Origin: Vicugna vicugna
Lineage: Eukaryota
Length of the DNA: 64,000 bases
NCBI GenBank assembly: GCA_013265495.1
Contig: MU058781.1
Span: 6,352,522-6,416,521, forward strand
Direction: 5' to 3'
Shown: piece after piece, positions 63,112 through 64,000 of the stretch
How positions within the stretch are numbered: position 1 is the first letter of the stretch
Layout of the letters: every line of letters begins with the position of its first letter
Translations under genes and position numbers: made by a program
Notes under the pieces: generated by a model
What the model was told of the DNA's origin: nothing
The model's input: only the letters and a program-made list of their open reading frames with translations
Databases searched by the model: none

Positions 63112-63250
63112 GGGGGGAAGGTATAGCTCCATGGTAGAGTGCCTGCCTAGCATGCATGAGGTCCTGGGTTCAATCCCCACTATCTCCACTAAAAAAACAA
63201 ATAAACCTAATTACCCCTCCCCCCCAAATAAAAACAAAAAAACAAAAAAT
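63112..63250 (+). mobile_element. tRNA-Ala-derived SINE (vic-1-like)
   Basis: GGGGGGAAGGTATAGCTCCATGGTAGAGTGCCTGCCTAGCATGCATGAGGTCCTGGGTTCAATCCCC plus AAACCTAATTACCCCTCCCC tail and A-rich end. Confidence 0.9.
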
Positions 63251-64000
63251 GCCTTAAAAAGAAAACTAAGAAACATTACTGTTCCTTAATTTAATAGGAG
63301 ATGTCTAAACATCTCTTGAAGGACCACCAGGCAGCACTACACACCAGGACCTCCCTGTTTACTCCACCAAAAATAAAATATGTCACCTAAATATTTTGCT
63401 GAAACAATGAAGTAGTTCTGTGAATCTCTCAGGTTAAGATGATGCCTGCCTTTTTTCCTCCTGAATAGGAAATACTTTTGGGGGAAATTTTTGCCTCAGT
63501 GCTTTTCTTTCTGCTTCTTAAAGGAAATCTTTTAAGGAAACCTGTGGAACATCAGTCCTAATTACCCCTTTCTGTTCTGCGTTCACTGGCGTAAGCAAAA
63601 TGGGAACGTCCAAGAATGCAGGGATGAGCTCTTAAGCATGATCAGGCTGCCGTAGTTGGGGGTAAGCTGTGTCGCCCACCGGCTGGCCCCTCTGGTCCAG
63701 TACCCGGGGGCAGGGTAGATTATTGAGTCACACAGGAATGGCGTTGGTCTACATAAAAACGTAACAAGAATCTGCAACGTCGTCCATGTCAGAAGCTCCT
63801 GAATGTGACCAGCGACCTTTCTCCAAAGATTTTTTTCCCCTTAGAAATACCCTTTCAGAAGATTATTTCCATGTCAGAATTTCATCATGTTACCTAATAC
63901 CACAAAATATAGGTCCTTTTTTATTTCTCTTGCCTTTTTCTTTTTTTTCCCCCTGTCTTTCCTTCTTTCTAAAACTATGCCAACAACAGGAACATTTGTT

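Noticed and set aside
1..64000. CRISPR arrays, operons, rRNA or other prokaryotic-type systems
   Set aside because: Sequence is mammalian intergenic/intronic DNA; I saw no regularly spaced repeat-spacer array, rRNA-like segment or gene-dense region.

Overview
Mammalian genomic DNA, most likely camelid (alpaca/camel). The evidence is three tRNA-Ala-derived vic-1-type SINEs and L1 3' UTRs of the cetartiodactyl type. The window holds about 35 kb of repeat-rich intergenic DNA, then the 5' part of CAP2 (cyclase-associated actin cytoskeleton regulatory protein 2) on the + strand: CpG-island promoter and non-coding exon 1 (donor after 35150), coding exon 2 (53013-53134, ATG at 53014) and exon 3 (56962-57062). 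The gene continues beyond the window. Upstream are a decayed processed ESD (esterase D) pseudogene (~24260-25190), a young 5'-truncated L1 with an uninterrupted 510-codon ORF2 end and a 13-bp TSD just upstream of the CAP2 promoter, and an unexplained orphan CpG island with housekeeping-type promoter motifs (~8210-8570). The rest is LINE, SINE, LTR and hAT relics; family names are from my recall of consensus sequences, not a database search, and old-repeat boundaries are approximate. I cannot demonstrate a new biological system from this sequence. The best leads are the orphan CpG-island promoter, a GAS-motif-bearing MER41-like solo LTR in CAP2 intron 1, an in-frame CTG that could extend CAP2, and inverted repeat pairs bracketing exons 2-3.
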